From: Candidatus Krumholzibacteriia bacterium
Lineage (GTDB): Bacteria; Krumholzibacteriota; Krumholzibacteriia; G020349025
Reading direction: 5' to 3'
Assembly: GCA_035649435.1 (NCBI GenBank)
Contig: DASRJO010000063.1
Coordinates: 1,309 to 65,308 of the forward strand
Length of the DNA: 64,000 bases
Shown here: positions 41,791-54,331 of the stretch, piece after piece
How positions within the stretch are numbered: the stretch's first letter is position 1
How the letters are laid out: the number at the start of each line of letters is the position of its first letter
Program-made: the position numbers and the translations under genes
The notes under the pieces: generated by a model
The model's input: only the letters and a program-made list of their open reading frames with translations
Database searches by the model: none
Told to the model about the DNA's origin: nothing

Positions 41791-43269
41791 TCAGCGCACG
41801 ACGACGAGCTTGCGTGCGGTGGCGAGCCACTCGGGCCGAGTCACGGCGAAGTATACGCCCGCTGCCACCGGGGTGCCGGTTTCGTCGCGACCGTCCCACG
41901 CGAATGAATGCGTGCCGGGGGAGAGCTCGCGCGCGGCGAAGCTGCGCACCAAGCGACCGCGAGCATCCATCACCGTGAGCCCCACGGGGACGGAACGCGG
42001 CGTGCGCAGGACGAGCTGCGTCGACGCACGCACCGGATTCGGGAAAGCGTCGAGCGACATGAAGGCCTGGCGCTCCTGGAAGGTATCGGACGTGTTGTCG
42101 GTGAAGAAAGCCGACACGACCTCCGTGATGGCGGGCGCGTAGAAACTCATGTGCGGGAAGCCGTTGGCGTCGAGCGCCAGACTGGTCCATGGACCTTGGG
42201 GTCCGATCTCGTCGACGACTTGGGGCGCCCAGGCCGCGCCGCCGTTGGCGTTCTTGATCGCATACCGCACCGCGTTCTCGAACACGTCGTAGTAGCCGAG
42301 ATGCGGCACGTCCCCCTCGCCGATCTCGATCGAACAGAACGAACCGTGCAACTCCGCGCCCACGGCTTGAGCAATGCCGTGCGACCAAGTCGTGGTTGGC
42401 TTGGTGGCGTAGCGCGTGCGCTGGTTGTTCTGGTCGTAGTATGCGATGTGCGGCCGGCCCTGCGAGTCCAGATCCAGCGAGATGAACAGGGCGTTTACGA
42501 ACGTCGCCCCCGACGGCGTTTCCAACGTCCACGTCGAGCCGGACTTGGACGCGTAGCGCAGATGGCCGTCGGCGCCAGCCGTGCCGAAGTCTTGGTAGGC
42601 GATGCGCGGATTGTTCGCCGCGTCGAGAGCAAGCGCGCTGTAGAGCCCGACGTTGCCGGTCGCTTCGACGGATTCGGGCGTCCACGTGCCGCCGGACTTG
42701 CGCGCGTATCGCAGGTTGCCATTGGTGTTGTCGTAGTAGCTGATGTGGGGGTTGTTCTGCGAGTCGAGCTCGAGCGAGCAGTACTCGCCGATGTTGTTCG
42801 TCGCTTCGACGGTTTGGATCGTCCATGCGCCGCCGCTGCGCCAGGCGTACTTCAGGTCGCAGATCGGCGCATCGTTCGGATCGAGAAAGTAGTAGTAGGC
42901 GATGTGGGGATTCCCCTGTGAGTCGATCTCGAGCGAAGCCCAGCGGCCGGTGTCGCCGGTCGTGTCCACGGTGGTGAGCACCCAGCCACCGGCCGTCTTC
43001 TCGGCGTAGACGAGATCGCGTCCGACGCCCTCGTAATAGGCGATGCGGGACTGGCCCTGGCCGTCGACCGCCACTGAGGTGGCGTTGTGACCCTGCGCGA
43101 ATCCGGAGCTCCCGACTGGGGCGAGAACCCATTCGGCCGCGGCATGCGCGGCATCGACGCAGGGTATGACGAGGATGGCGGCGAGCGCCAAGGGCGTGAC
43201 GAGTCGATGGCTGAGCACGGAAACCTCCTGCACCGGTGTAATGCGGTCGGCCAGCCAGAATCGATGCAT
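41791..43269 (-). CDS. Secreted beta-propeller-like repeat protein with a T9SS-type C-terminal sorting domain (Por_Secre_tail/FlgD-Ig-like).
   Basis: Signal peptide, then 7 or more repeats of the form LRYA.KSGG.WT...V...G..G.Y.SL.LD....PHIAYYD. The last roughly 85 aa read FPNPV...GLTVMDARGRLV...GTHSFAWDGRDETGTPVAAGVYF. Confidence 0.6.
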   Translation of the reverse strand: MHRFWLADRITPVQEVSVLSHRLVTPLALAAILVIPCVDAAHAAAEWVLAPVGSSGFAQGHNATSVAVDGQGQSRIAYYEGVGRDLVYAEKTAGGWVLTTVDTTGDTGRWASLEIDSQGNPHIAYYYFLDPNDAPICDLKYAWRSGGAWTIQTVEATNNIGEYCSLELDSQNNPHISYYDNTNGNLRYARKSGGTWTPESVEATGNVGLYSALALDAANNPRIAYQDFGTAGADGHLRYASKSGSTWTLETPSGATFVNALFISLDLDSQGRPHIAYYDQNNQRTRYATKPTTTWSHGIAQAVGAELHGSFCSIEIGEGDVPHLGYYDVFENAVRYAIKNANGGAAWAPQVVDEIGPQGPWTSLALDANGFPHMSFYAPAITEVVSAFFTDNTSDTFQERQAFMSLDAFPNPVRASTQLVLRTPRSVPVGLTVMDARGRLVRSFAARELSPGTHSFAWDGRDETGTPVAAGVYFAVTRPEWLATARKLVVVR

Positions 43270-43331
43270 GGATCGATTCTCTCAATTATGAACGATACCC
43301 GAAGGCCAGGCAACGGGACGGCGGAGGCGGA

Positions 43332-44048
43332 ATGATAGCCTCACGAGGTGGGTCCTGCCAAGACCCCGGCGGGAGACTCGAATTGCGCCAACTCGACCGC
43401 TCCGCTCGCGGCGAAAGCAGCGGCGCCGTCATCGCCATCGCGTGGGCGGTGTGCTCCGGGCCCGTGGTCGCGCTCTGCCTGCGAGCCGATGCCTCGGCTT
43501 GGGTCGCCTTGTGCGTTTACCAGTTCGGCTGCGCCCTCGCCACGCGAGTCGTCCGCGGCGGCCTGGGCCGGCGCCCGGCAACGGCGCGCCTCCTGGGTGT
43601 CGCGATCGCCACGGCGGCGATCGTCGTCGCGCTCGGTTTCGCCGCGCGCTGGCTCGGCTTCTTCCCTCGACCCCGGCCGATTTGGCAAGCGTGGGGGCTC
43701 GAGCCGCCCGGTGACATGTGGCTCGTGCTCGTCTTCGCCACGCTCAATCCGTGGATCGAGGAACGCTTCTGGCGTGGAGCGTTGCTCGACGATCCGGTGC
43801 GTCGGCGAGTCGGTGCTCGCGGTGCACGCGCGCTCGCGGTGTGGGGTTTCTGTCCGTTGCATGCCGTGTTCTTGCTGCGCAGCTTCGATGCGCTGTCCGG
43901 CTGGTTGTGCACAGGAGGTGTGCTGCTCGCCGCCATTCTGTGGACCTCTGCGCGCGAACGATCTGGGAGCGCCTGGTGGGCGGCAGCGAGCCATCAAGGT
44001 GCCGACGTAGGTGTCGTATGCCTCTACTGGCTCTGGCTCCGAGCCTGA
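43332..44048 (+). CDS. CPBP (CAAX protease/Abi) family intramembrane metalloprotease.
   Basis: About 6 transmembrane helices. It carries the EExxxR motif as NPWIEERFWRG and a later conserved His (PLHAVFLL). Confidence 0.65.
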   Translation: MIASRGGSCQDPGGRLELRQLDRSARGESSGAVIAIAWAVCSGPVVALCLRADASAWVALCVYQFGCALATRVVRGGLGRRPATARLLGVAIATAAIVVALGFAARWLGFFPRPRPIWQAWGLEPPGDMWLVLVFATLNPWIEERFWRGALLDDPVRRRVGARGARALAVWGFCPLHAVFLLRSFDALSGWLCTGGVLLAAILWTSARERSGSAWWAAASHQGADVGVVCLYWLWLRA

Positions 44049-44112
44049 GTCACGCAGACGAAAAAAAGAGGGCCCCCGCAGGAGCCCTCTCTCTTTCAGC
44101 CAGACGAACGAA

Positions 44113-44925
44113 CTACCGATACAGGTCCTTGACGCCAGACCACGTCTTTGCTTCCGCGAGCGCGGCTGCAGAGGCGCCGGCCTTGCCGGGAGGCGGGCTG
44201 CAGGCGCCGATGCCCGGGCTTGCGGGATTGTTGATGGTGAAGAAACCGCTGGTCGAGCAAGTGGACGCCATCGGGAATGGCGGCACCGGGGTCTGGCACG
44301 TGGTGAGGTTGTCACCCAAGCAGACCTTGGTGAACGCCGGGGCGTCGCACAGCGTGAACAACGGACAACGGAAGAACACGTTGCCAGGCGAGAAGTGCTG
44401 GCCAGTCGACATGTCGATCTGCGGCGGCACCGCGGTGGAGCCGCAAGGTGCAGTCGGAATCACGATCAGAGTCGAGATGAGCACGCGGCCCGTGCCGCCA
44501 CCCGTCTGGCACACGTTCCATGCGATGTTCTGGCCGCGCGGTGCCGGATCCGGTGGGAACCAGGCGTTGCCGAGCAGCGTGGTCGCAGGCACTGGGATTT
44601 CGATGAAGAAATACCCGGCATCCGCGGCGGTCGTCGCACCGTACTTTCCGGCGTACTCGACGCCCGTGATGCCACCGGCGCTCGCACCCTTGAGCTGGGC
44701 ATAGACCTGGATCACGGGTGGCTGGCAAACACCCCACGGCGACTTGCCGTTGGGCGAAGAGTTGTTGAACACGATCTTCCAGAACGGGCACTCGTCACCA
44801 ACATGGCCCCCCCCGGTGCCACTCACCGTGGCCAGCATCTGGATGTCTCCATCCGAGGCCCAGGCGTTGAAGGATGCCAACGCCAGAAGCGCTGGCACGA
44901 GACCCAAAGCAAGCTGTCTTTTCAT
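44113..44925 (-). CDS. Cys-rich secreted protein, paralog of 21612..22271.
   Basis: A GGAGG ribosome-binding site precedes the start. Signal peptide MKRQLALGLVPALLALASFNAWA, 14 Cys residues, and a C-terminal ...AKTWSGVKDLYR. Blocks shared with the paralog include NIAWNVCQ/NVVWTECQ and GVEY/GVEF. Confidence 0.6.
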   Translation of the reverse strand: MKRQLALGLVPALLALASFNAWASDGDIQMLATVSGTGGGHVGDECPFWKIVFNNSSPNGKSPWGVCQPPVIQVYAQLKGASAGGITGVEYAGKYGATTAADAGYFFIEIPVPATTLLGNAWFPPDPAPRGQNIAWNVCQTGGGTGRVLISTLIVIPTAPCGSTAVPPQIDMSTGQHFSPGNVFFRCPLFTLCDAPAFTKVCLGDNLTTCQTPVPPFPMASTCSTSGFFTINNPASPGIGACSPPPGKAGASAAALAEAKTWSGVKDLYR

Positions 44926-45196
44926 GAGAAGCTCCTCCATTCCTTCGGCGGAATTCGTCGTCTGGCCCACCTGCACGCCCCGCCTCGGTACCTCTGGTAC
45001 CTGAATAAGCGGCGCCCGTCTCGGTAATCTAAGGGGGCGCCTAATTCTGTCCCTTCGGGTACCCCGGCGTCAAGACCGCTTTCACCCAAAACCAGTGATT
45101 TGTCGCGCATTCCCAGGCTTTGTCGGCCCTTGCGCGACGCGACGAGGCACCGGGGCGCCGTTCAGTGGGTGAAAAAACCCGTGACTCGATAAGGAA

Positions 45197-46522
45197 TCAG
45201 CAGGTCGATCGAGGCATGGTGGCCAGGGGCTGTCCGATGAGGGTATGCGCCGACGCGGCGACGATTTGCACCGGAATCGTGCTCCCCACGTCGAGGCCTG
45301 TCCCGGGGACGACGACGCAACGGTTGCCATCGTCGCGGCCGAGGAGATCCGCGGCGTTCTTTCGGCTCGGTCCCTCGAGCAGCACGTCGACCGTGCTGCC
45401 GATGTGACGTCGATTGCGTGAGCCGGAGATCTCCTTCTGCAGAGCGTTCAAACGCACGACGCGCTCGGTTTTCACCGTTTCGGCGACGTCGTCGGCGTAC
45501 TTGCGCTGCGCGATCGTGTTGCGCCGTTCGGAGTACTTGAAGATGAAAGCCGAGTCGAACTGCACGCGCGACATCACGGCCTCGGTCGCGGCGAAGGCGG
45601 CGTCGTCCTCGCCCGGGAAGCCGCAGATCACGTCCGTGGACAGGCTGACGCCGGGAATGGTGTCGCGGATCTCGTCCACGAGGTCGAGGAACTCGCGCTG
45701 GCTGTACGTGCGCCGCATGCGTTCGAGCACCACATCGTCGCCCGCCTGGAGCGGCAAGTGGATGTGCTTGCAGAGCTTCGGGTGGGAACGGATGGCCTGC
45801 AGCAGCGGCCGCGGAAAATCCTTCGGATGCGGCGAGGTGAAGCGGATGCGCTCGATGCCGTCCACTTCAGCCACACGCAGCAGCAGCGCGGCGAAATCTG
45901 TCGCCTCGAAGCGGTAAGAGTTCACGTTCTGGCCGAGCAAGGTCACCTGCTTGGTGCCGGCCTCGGCGAGGCGGCGCGCCTCACTCACGATGCTCTCGGG
46001 CTCGCGGCTGCGCTCGCGCCCGCGCGTGTAGGGCACGACGCAGAAGGTGCAGAAGTTGTCGCAGCCGCGCATGCAAGCGATCCAGGCGTTGACGCCGGGC
46101 GCGCGCGTGGGGAAGACATCGGCGTAGGTCTCGTACTCGGAAAGATCGATTTCGAGGCCCTTGTTGCCGCTGTCACAGACCGCGTGGATGAGCCGCGGCA
46201 AGCGCTTGTACGAATCCGGCCCGGCCACCAGATCGATCACCGGATGCGTCGCGAGCAGTTCCTGCTTCAGGTTCTGCGCCATGCAACCGAGGAGCCCCAC
46301 GATCAGGCGTGGGTTGCGCTGCTTCAGTGCGCGCAGGTGTCCGAGGCGGCCGTAGATGCGATCGTGCGCCGATTCACGAATCGCGCAGGTGTTGAGCAAG
46401 ACGACATCGGCGTCGTCCAGGGTCGGCGTCATGCGGAAGCTGCCGTCGTGCAGGATCGTGCGCACGAGCTCCGAGTCGTACTCGTTCATCTGGCAGCCGT
46501 ACGTTTCGAGATAGACCTGCAC
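45197..46522 (-). CDS. miaB: tRNA-2-methylthio-N6-dimethylallyladenosine synthase.
   Basis: An AAGGAGG ribosome-binding site precedes a GTG start. VYLETYGCQMNEYDSE matches the MiaB N-terminus, CMRGCDNFCTFC is the radical SAM cluster motif, and a TRAM domain follows. Confidence 0.8.
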   Translation of the reverse strand: MQVYLETYGCQMNEYDSELVRTILHDGSFRMTPTLDDADVVLLNTCAIRESAHDRIYGRLGHLRALKQRNPRLIVGLLGCMAQNLKQELLATHPVIDLVAGPDSYKRLPRLIHAVCDSGNKGLEIDLSEYETYADVFPTRAPGVNAWIACMRGCDNFCTFCVVPYTRGRERSREPESIVSEARRLAEAGTKQVTLLGQNVNSYRFEATDFAALLLRVAEVDGIERIRFTSPHPKDFPRPLLQAIRSHPKLCKHIHLPLQAGDDVVLERMRRTYSQREFLDLVDEIRDTIPGVSLSTDVICGFPGEDDAAFAATEAVMSRVQFDSAFIFKYSERRNTIAQRKYADDVAETVKTERVVRLNALQKEISGSRNRRHIGSTVDVLLEGPSRKNAADLLGRDDGNRCVVVPGTGLDVGSTIPVQIVAASAHTLIGQPLATMPRSTC

Positions 46523-46557
46523 GCGCACCTCCTTGGGCCCCGGCCCCGCGGCGAGGT

Positions 46558-49473
<2,916 letters not shown>

Positions 49474-49668
49474 ATCGACCCCCCTGTGGCAGCGAGAAAA
49501 TGGCGGCGGCGCGGAGCGCACCTCCGGCATGGTAGCCGGGGAGCCGCAGAGGGTCAACGACCGCCGGCGCGGGGATCACAACGCCGACGCGGCCGGAGAA
49601 TCCACGCGTTTCGTGCGCGGCCAGACGTATACTCGCGCGCCGGATGCGCGATGGCCCTCGGAGGTGGC

Positions 49669-50982
49669 GTGAACGCAGGTGCGGCGAAGGTCTGGCGCTG
49701 GCCACGATTCGGCGGCTCACGCCTGCGCATGTTGCTCGCGGCCTACTTCCTCGTCGGGCTCGTCCTCGTCGGCTTCGGTGCGGTGCTGTTCGCCGGGCAC
49801 ACGGCGCGCCAGATGGAACGACAAGCCGCCTTGTTGACGCAGGTGTTCTCGCGCTTCGTCAGCGAAACGGCGTTCCAGGTCGATCAACCTGGTGCCTTCG
49901 CGCTCGTCCGCAGTCTCCTGCATCAAGTCGATTTTCCCATCATCATCACCATGGCGGACGGCACGCCGCTCGTGTACCACGGCGTGGGCGTGCCGCCGCC
50001 AGAGGGCGACACCCCCGGTGAGCTGGCGGGCACCGATCTGGCTCCGGAGCTCTTGGCCCGGCGTGCGACACTCGACGCGTTGGTGCAGCAATTCGACCGC
50101 CGCAATGCGCCGTATCCCATCACCGCCGGCGGCGTCGTCCAAGGCTACGTGCACTTCGGCCAGTCGTCGCTCTTCCGCCAGCTGAGTTGGATGCCGGTGC
50201 TCCTCGTCGTCGTGGTGGCGGTGTTCGTGCTGCTCGGGTTCTTCGGTGTGCGCGCACTGAAGATGGGGGAGCAGCGCTCGATCTGGGTCGGGATGGCCAA
50301 GGAGACCGCGCACCAGCTGGGCACACCGCTCACTTCGCTCCTGGGTTGGGTGCAGCTACTGCAGGGCGACGACGAGCAGCGCGCCGACGAGTCGGTCGCG
50401 GACGCGACTGCACGCCGGCAAGCGACGTACGCCGAGATGGAGCGCGACCTCGGCCGACTGTCCAAAGTGAGTGCGCGCTTCAGCAAGATCGGTGCGGCGC
50501 CGGAACTGGTGCCGCTCGATCTCGGCGCGGTCCTGCAGGAGCAGGTGCAGTACATCCGCCGCCGCACGCCGCTCCTCGGCGCCGCGGTGCGGATCGAATC
50601 GACGTTGGAACCGCTGCCGCACGTCCTCGGCAACCGCGAGCTCATCGAGTGGGTGTTCGAGAACCTGTTGAAGAACGCGCTCGATGCGCTCGAGAACGGC
50701 GGCGAGATCCATGTGCGGGCATCGAGCCCTGCGCCGGATCGTGTCGAGACGCGGGTCGCCGATAGCGGTCGCGGCATCCCCGCCGCGGTGCGCCAACGGA
50801 TCTGGGAGCCGGGGTTCACCACCAAGAAGCGGGGCTGGGGCCTCGGGCTCACGCTCGTGCGCCGCATCGTCGAGGAGTTCCACGGCGGACGCATCTGGGT
50901 GGAGGACAACCCGGGGCGGCGCGGCACCTGCTTCGTCGTGCGATTGCGCGCCGCGCCCGAAACCGCGGCGCGGATCGGCTAA
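49669..50982 (+). CDS. Sensor histidine kinase (candidate PorY-like partner of the downstream PglZ response regulator).
   Basis: A GGAGG ribosome-binding site precedes a GTG start. Two transmembrane segments flank a periplasmic region. H-box ETAHQLGTPLTSL. HATPase motifs NLLKNALDA (N-box), DSGRGIP (G1) and GWGLGL (G2). An ATG start at 49651 is an alternative. Confidence 0.75.
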   Translation: MNAGAAKVWRWPRFGGSRLRMLLAAYFLVGLVLVGFGAVLFAGHTARQMERQAALLTQVFSRFVSETAFQVDQPGAFALVRSLLHQVDFPIIITMADGTPLVYHGVGVPPPEGDTPGELAGTDLAPELLARRATLDALVQQFDRRNAPYPITAGGVVQGYVHFGQSSLFRQLSWMPVLLVVVVAVFVLLGFFGVRALKMGEQRSIWVGMAKETAHQLGTPLTSLLGWVQLLQGDDEQRADESVADATARRQATYAEMERDLGRLSKVSARFSKIGAAPELVPLDLGAVLQEQVQYIRRRTPLLGAAVRIESTLEPLPHVLGNRELIEWVFENLLKNALDALENGGEIHVRASSPAPDRVETRVADSGRGIPAAVRQRIWEPGFTTKKRGWGLGLTLVRRIVEEFHGGRIWVEDNPGRRGTCFVVRLRAAPETAARIG

Positions 50983-51017
50983 GATGGCGCAGCACGGGGC
51001 CTTCCGAAGAGGTGGAG

Positions 51018-52574
51018 ATGCAGACGAAACGCAATGTGTTGTGGGTGGACGACGAGATCGAGTTGCTGAAACCCCACCTGCTGTTCCTGGAGCAGCGCGG
51101 CTATGGGGTGACAGCGGTGGCCAACGGCGAGGATGCGGTGAATCTCGTGCGCAGCCGCCCCTTCGACATCGTGCTCCTCGACGCGATGATGCCCGGGAAG
51201 GACGGACTGCAGACCTTGCAGGAGATCCGCCAGATCGATGTCCAGATCCCCGTGGTCATGATCACCCGCAACGAAGAAGAAGCGATCATGGACCAGGCGA
51301 TCGGGCGCCGCGCCGATGATTACCTGCTCAAGCCGGTCAACCCGACCCAGATCCTCGCCGCCATCCGCCGCATCCTCGAGCGCCACAAGATCTCCGAGAC
51401 GCAAGTGGCGAAGGATTACGTGTCGCAGTTTCGCGAGCTCGATCCGACACGCTTCGACCGCCTCGATCACCAGGAGTGGGTCGACACCTACCTGCGCATG
51501 ATCGACTGGGACATCCAGCTCGATCGCTACCGTGACACCGGTTTGGCGCAGACCCACGAGGACCAGAAGCGTGCTGCCAACTTCGAATTCTGCCGTTTCA
51601 TGGTGCGCAACTACCGCAGCTGGGTGCAGGAGCGCACCGGCCCCGAGCTGTCGCCGGACGTGTTTCGCAACCATGTGATGCCGGCGGTCAAGGCCGGACG
51701 CAAAGTCGCGTTCATCATCGTCGATTGCATGCGGCTCGATCAATGGCTGACCATGGAGCCGCTGCTGGCGCCGTATTTCCGCATCGAGCGCAAGCACTAC
51801 TACAGCATTTTGCCGTCGGCGACGCCGTACTCGCGCAATGCGCTCTTCGCTGGTCTGTTTCCGCTCGAGATCCTGCGCCGCCATCCGAACTATTGGGACT
51901 CGCAGCGCGGCGAGGGCAGCCTCAACCGCTTCGAGCGCGAGCTGCTGGAGGCGCAGCTGCAACGCCTCGGCGCCGCCTCCGACATCAAGGTGCGCTACGC
52001 CAAGGTGTACGGTGCCGACGAGGCGGCCGAGGTGCAGCGCGCGGTGCAGCGTAAGGCCGATGTCGACGTCTTCGGCCTGGTGTTCAACTTCATCGACATC
52101 CTGGCGCATGGGCGCAGCGAGTCCACCATTCTGCAGGAGATCGCACCGGACGAGGCGGCGTTCCGCAGCCTGGCCCGCAGCTGGTTCGAGCATTCGTCGC
52201 TGTTCGATCTGTTGAAGCGAATGAGCGCCGCTGGCATCGAGGTCTTCGTCACCACCGATCACGGCGCGGTGTTGGGAATGCGGCCCACCGTCGCCACCGG
52301 CAACCGCGACACGTCGACCAACGTGCGCTACAAGTACGGTGAGAATCTCGGCTGCGACGACAAGGGCGCATTCAAGATGCAGGAGCCCGAGCATTACATG
52401 CTGCCAAAGATGCGCACCACCGAGAACTTCATCATCGCCAAGGAGAACTTCTACTTCGTCTACCCGACGCAGTTTCGCAAGTACGAGAAGCAGTTCCACG
52501 GCAGCTTCCAGCACGGCGGCATGTCGCTGGAGGAAATCATCCTGCCAATCGCCCACCTGCAGCCGCGCCGGTAA
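51018..52574 (+). CDS. porX: Response regulator with an N-terminal CheY receiver domain and a C-terminal PglZ (alkaline-phosphatase-like) domain, i.e. PorX-like.
   Basis: Receiver region VLWVDDE...DIVLLDAMMPGKDG...VVMIT. PglZ region FIIVDCMRLDQW...ATPYSRNALFAG...VFVTTDHGAV...HGGMSLEEIILP. Confidence 0.75.
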   Translation: MQTKRNVLWVDDEIELLKPHLLFLEQRGYGVTAVANGEDAVNLVRSRPFDIVLLDAMMPGKDGLQTLQEIRQIDVQIPVVMITRNEEEAIMDQAIGRRADDYLLKPVNPTQILAAIRRILERHKISETQVAKDYVSQFRELDPTRFDRLDHQEWVDTYLRMIDWDIQLDRYRDTGLAQTHEDQKRAANFEFCRFMVRNYRSWVQERTGPELSPDVFRNHVMPAVKAGRKVAFIIVDCMRLDQWLTMEPLLAPYFRIERKHYYSILPSATPYSRNALFAGLFPLEILRRHPNYWDSQRGEGSLNRFERELLEAQLQRLGAASDIKVRYAKVYGADEAAEVQRAVQRKADVDVFGLVFNFIDILAHGRSESTILQEIAPDEAAFRSLARSWFEHSSLFDLLKRMSAAGIEVFVTTDHGAVLGMRPTVATGNRDTSTNVRYKYGENLGCDDKGAFKMQEPEHYMLPKMRTTENFIIAKENFYFVYPTQFRKYEKQFHGSFQHGGMSLEEIILPIAHLQPRR

Positions 52575-52577
52575 GCC

Positions 52578-52991
52578 GTGGACCACGAATGGACGAGCCG
52601 CTCGGCGGAAGAAACGCGCGCCCTGGGCCAGGCCATGGGGTCCAGCCTGCGCGGCGGGGAAGTCGTGCTGTTGTGCGGCGATCTGGGCGCCGGCAAGACA
52701 CACTTCGCGCAAGGGGTGGCGCGCGGGCTCGGGGTCACGGCCGCCGTGGTCTCACCCACCTTCACGCTCGCGGCGCACTATGAAGGGCGTGTGCCGCTCG
52801 TGCACTACGATCTCTATCGCCTGGCGAGCGCGGACGAGCTGGCCGGACTGGGGTTCCTGCAAGCGGACGATGCGCGCACGGTGAGCCTCGTCGAGTGGGG
52901 TGACCGCGTGCAAGTCGCCGGCGCGATTCGGGTCACATTGCACCTGCAGGCCGATGGCACAAGGCGCATTACCGTCGCCGGCAGCGAGTGA
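52578..52991 (+). CDS. tsaE: tRNA threonylcarbamoyladenosine biosynthesis protein TsaE (P-loop ATPase).
   Basis: GTG start. The sequence VLLCGDLGAGKTHFAQGVARGLG...VSPTFTL...YHYDLYRL matches TsaE. Confidence 0.8.
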   Translation: MDHEWTSRSAEETRALGQAMGSSLRGGEVVLLCGDLGAGKTHFAQGVARGLGVTAAVVSPTFTLAAHYEGRVPLVHYDLYRLASADELAGLGFLQADDARTVSLVEWGDRVQVAGAIRVTLHLQADGTRRITVAGSE

Positions 52992-52994
52992 CCG

Positions 52995-53684
52995 ATGATC
53001 TCCACGCCGAATCTGCTGTTCCTGCATGCGAGCGAGACGCCGGGTCTGGTGGCTGCCACGCACGCCGGACGGCTGGAAGCGCGCGTGCTCGAGGCACGCG
53101 GGCTTGGCGCACCGGCGCTGTTGGCCGATGTCGAGGCGGTGCTCGCAGCGCTCGGCGTGAGCTGCGCCGAACTGGAAGGTGTCGTCGTGAGCATCGGTCC
53201 CGGCAGCTTCACCGGGATTCGCGTCGGCATCGCGACGGCCCTCGGGCTCGCCATCGCCCGAGGCTGGCGGCCCTGGGTTTGCGACAGCCTGATCGCGGAA
53301 GCCGCTGCCTGCCTGCCGCGCCAAGGCCCCGTGGCGGTCTGTCACGACGCGCGGCGGGGAGAGGTGTACGCGGCTCTCTATGAATGTGGACCCGGTCCGC
53401 TCTTGCGCGTCGACCCCTTCTGCGCCGCGCCTCGGGCCGCGGCATCGCGGCTGCAGGCGATGATTGCACCGGGGACGCGCGCCACGCTCGTCGGGTCGGG
53501 TGCGCCGCTCGTGGGCGCCGAACCCGGCGAGTGGAACCTGCACGCGCCCATCGCGCCGCGGGAGCTGGCGCTCGCAGTGTTCGGTCTCGTCGCCCGAGGG
53601 GTTTTGAGCGCGGTCGATCCAATGCGACTCGGGCCCCTCTACATTCGCAATCCGGACATCGGACGGGCGCCACTCGGCGCGTGA
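52995..53684 (+). CDS. tsaB: tRNA threonylcarbamoyladenosine biosynthesis protein TsaB.
   Basis: Inactive Kae1 fold, with VVVSIGPGSFTGIRVGIATALGLA. Confidence 0.75.
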   Translation: MISTPNLLFLHASETPGLVAATHAGRLEARVLEARGLGAPALLADVEAVLAALGVSCAELEGVVVSIGPGSFTGIRVGIATALGLAIARGWRPWVCDSLIAEAAACLPRQGPVAVCHDARRGEVYAALYECGPGPLLRVDPFCAAPRAAASRLQAMIAPGTRATLVGSGAPLVGAEPGEWNLHAPIAPRELALAVFGLVARGVLSAVDPMRLGPLYIRNPDIGRAPLGA

Positions 53685-53699
53685 GTCCTCTGGGGGACG

Positions 53700-54185
53700 A
53701 TGGAGTTTTCGCTGCAAACGATGGCGCCGGAGCATCTCGACCAGGTGCTCGCGATCGAGCGCACGTTCGCTGCGCCATGGACGCGCGAGATGTTCTTGCA
53801 GGAGCTGCGCATGCAATGGGACGTCTCGGAAGCCCTGGTGTCGCTGCGCCAGGACGAGGTCGTGGGCTACGTGCTGTGCTGGTTCGTTGCCGACGAGGTG
53901 CACGTCGTCAACCTGGCGGTGCAGTCACGCTGGCGTCGGCGCGGCATCGGCCGCCGGTTGATGGACGCGGTCTGCGAGCGCGCGCGGACGCGAGGAATGG
54001 TGGTGGCTACGCTCGAAGTGCGCACGCACAACGAGGCCGCGATTCGTCTCTATGAGACGTTGGGATTTCGTCAGGTCGCGATTCGCAAGGGCTACTATGC
54101 CGACAACGGCGAAGATGCTCTGGTGATGCTGAAGGAGCTGGGTGCTCCGCCGACCTCCGACGCCGATGGCCCGAGAGTCGTCTGA
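53700..54185 (+). CDS. rimI: Ribosomal-protein-alanine N-acetyltransferase (GNAT).
   Basis: GNAT motif A RRRGIGRRLMDAV. Conserved tsaE-tsaB-rimI gene order. Confidence 0.75.
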   Translation: MEFSLQTMAPEHLDQVLAIERTFAAPWTREMFLQELRMQWDVSEALVSLRQDEVVGYVLCWFVADEVHVVNLAVQSRWRRRGIGRRLMDAVCERARTRGMVVATLEVRTHNEAAIRLYETLGFRQVAIRKGYYADNGEDALVMLKELGAPPTSDADGPRVV

Positions 54186-54331
54186 ACCAGAGCTTCAGCG
54201 TCTGGAAAGGGGCCTTTCCCGCAGCGGCCAAAAAGGCGCTCACAATGAGTTAATTTTAATAAAATGAATAATTTACACTGAAATCGGCACCTCGGAGCGG
54301 GGAATCGGCGCCGGGCTTGCCCGAGAAAATC

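Noticed and set aside
40445-43285. 946-aa ORF on the minus strand spanning the hypothetical and propeller genes.
   Set aside because: It is R/P/G/A-rich and low in complexity, and it sits in a different frame from two ORFs that have real domain content (a winged helix and a T9SS C-terminal domain). It is a typical antisense or alternative-frame artefact of 70% GC DNA.
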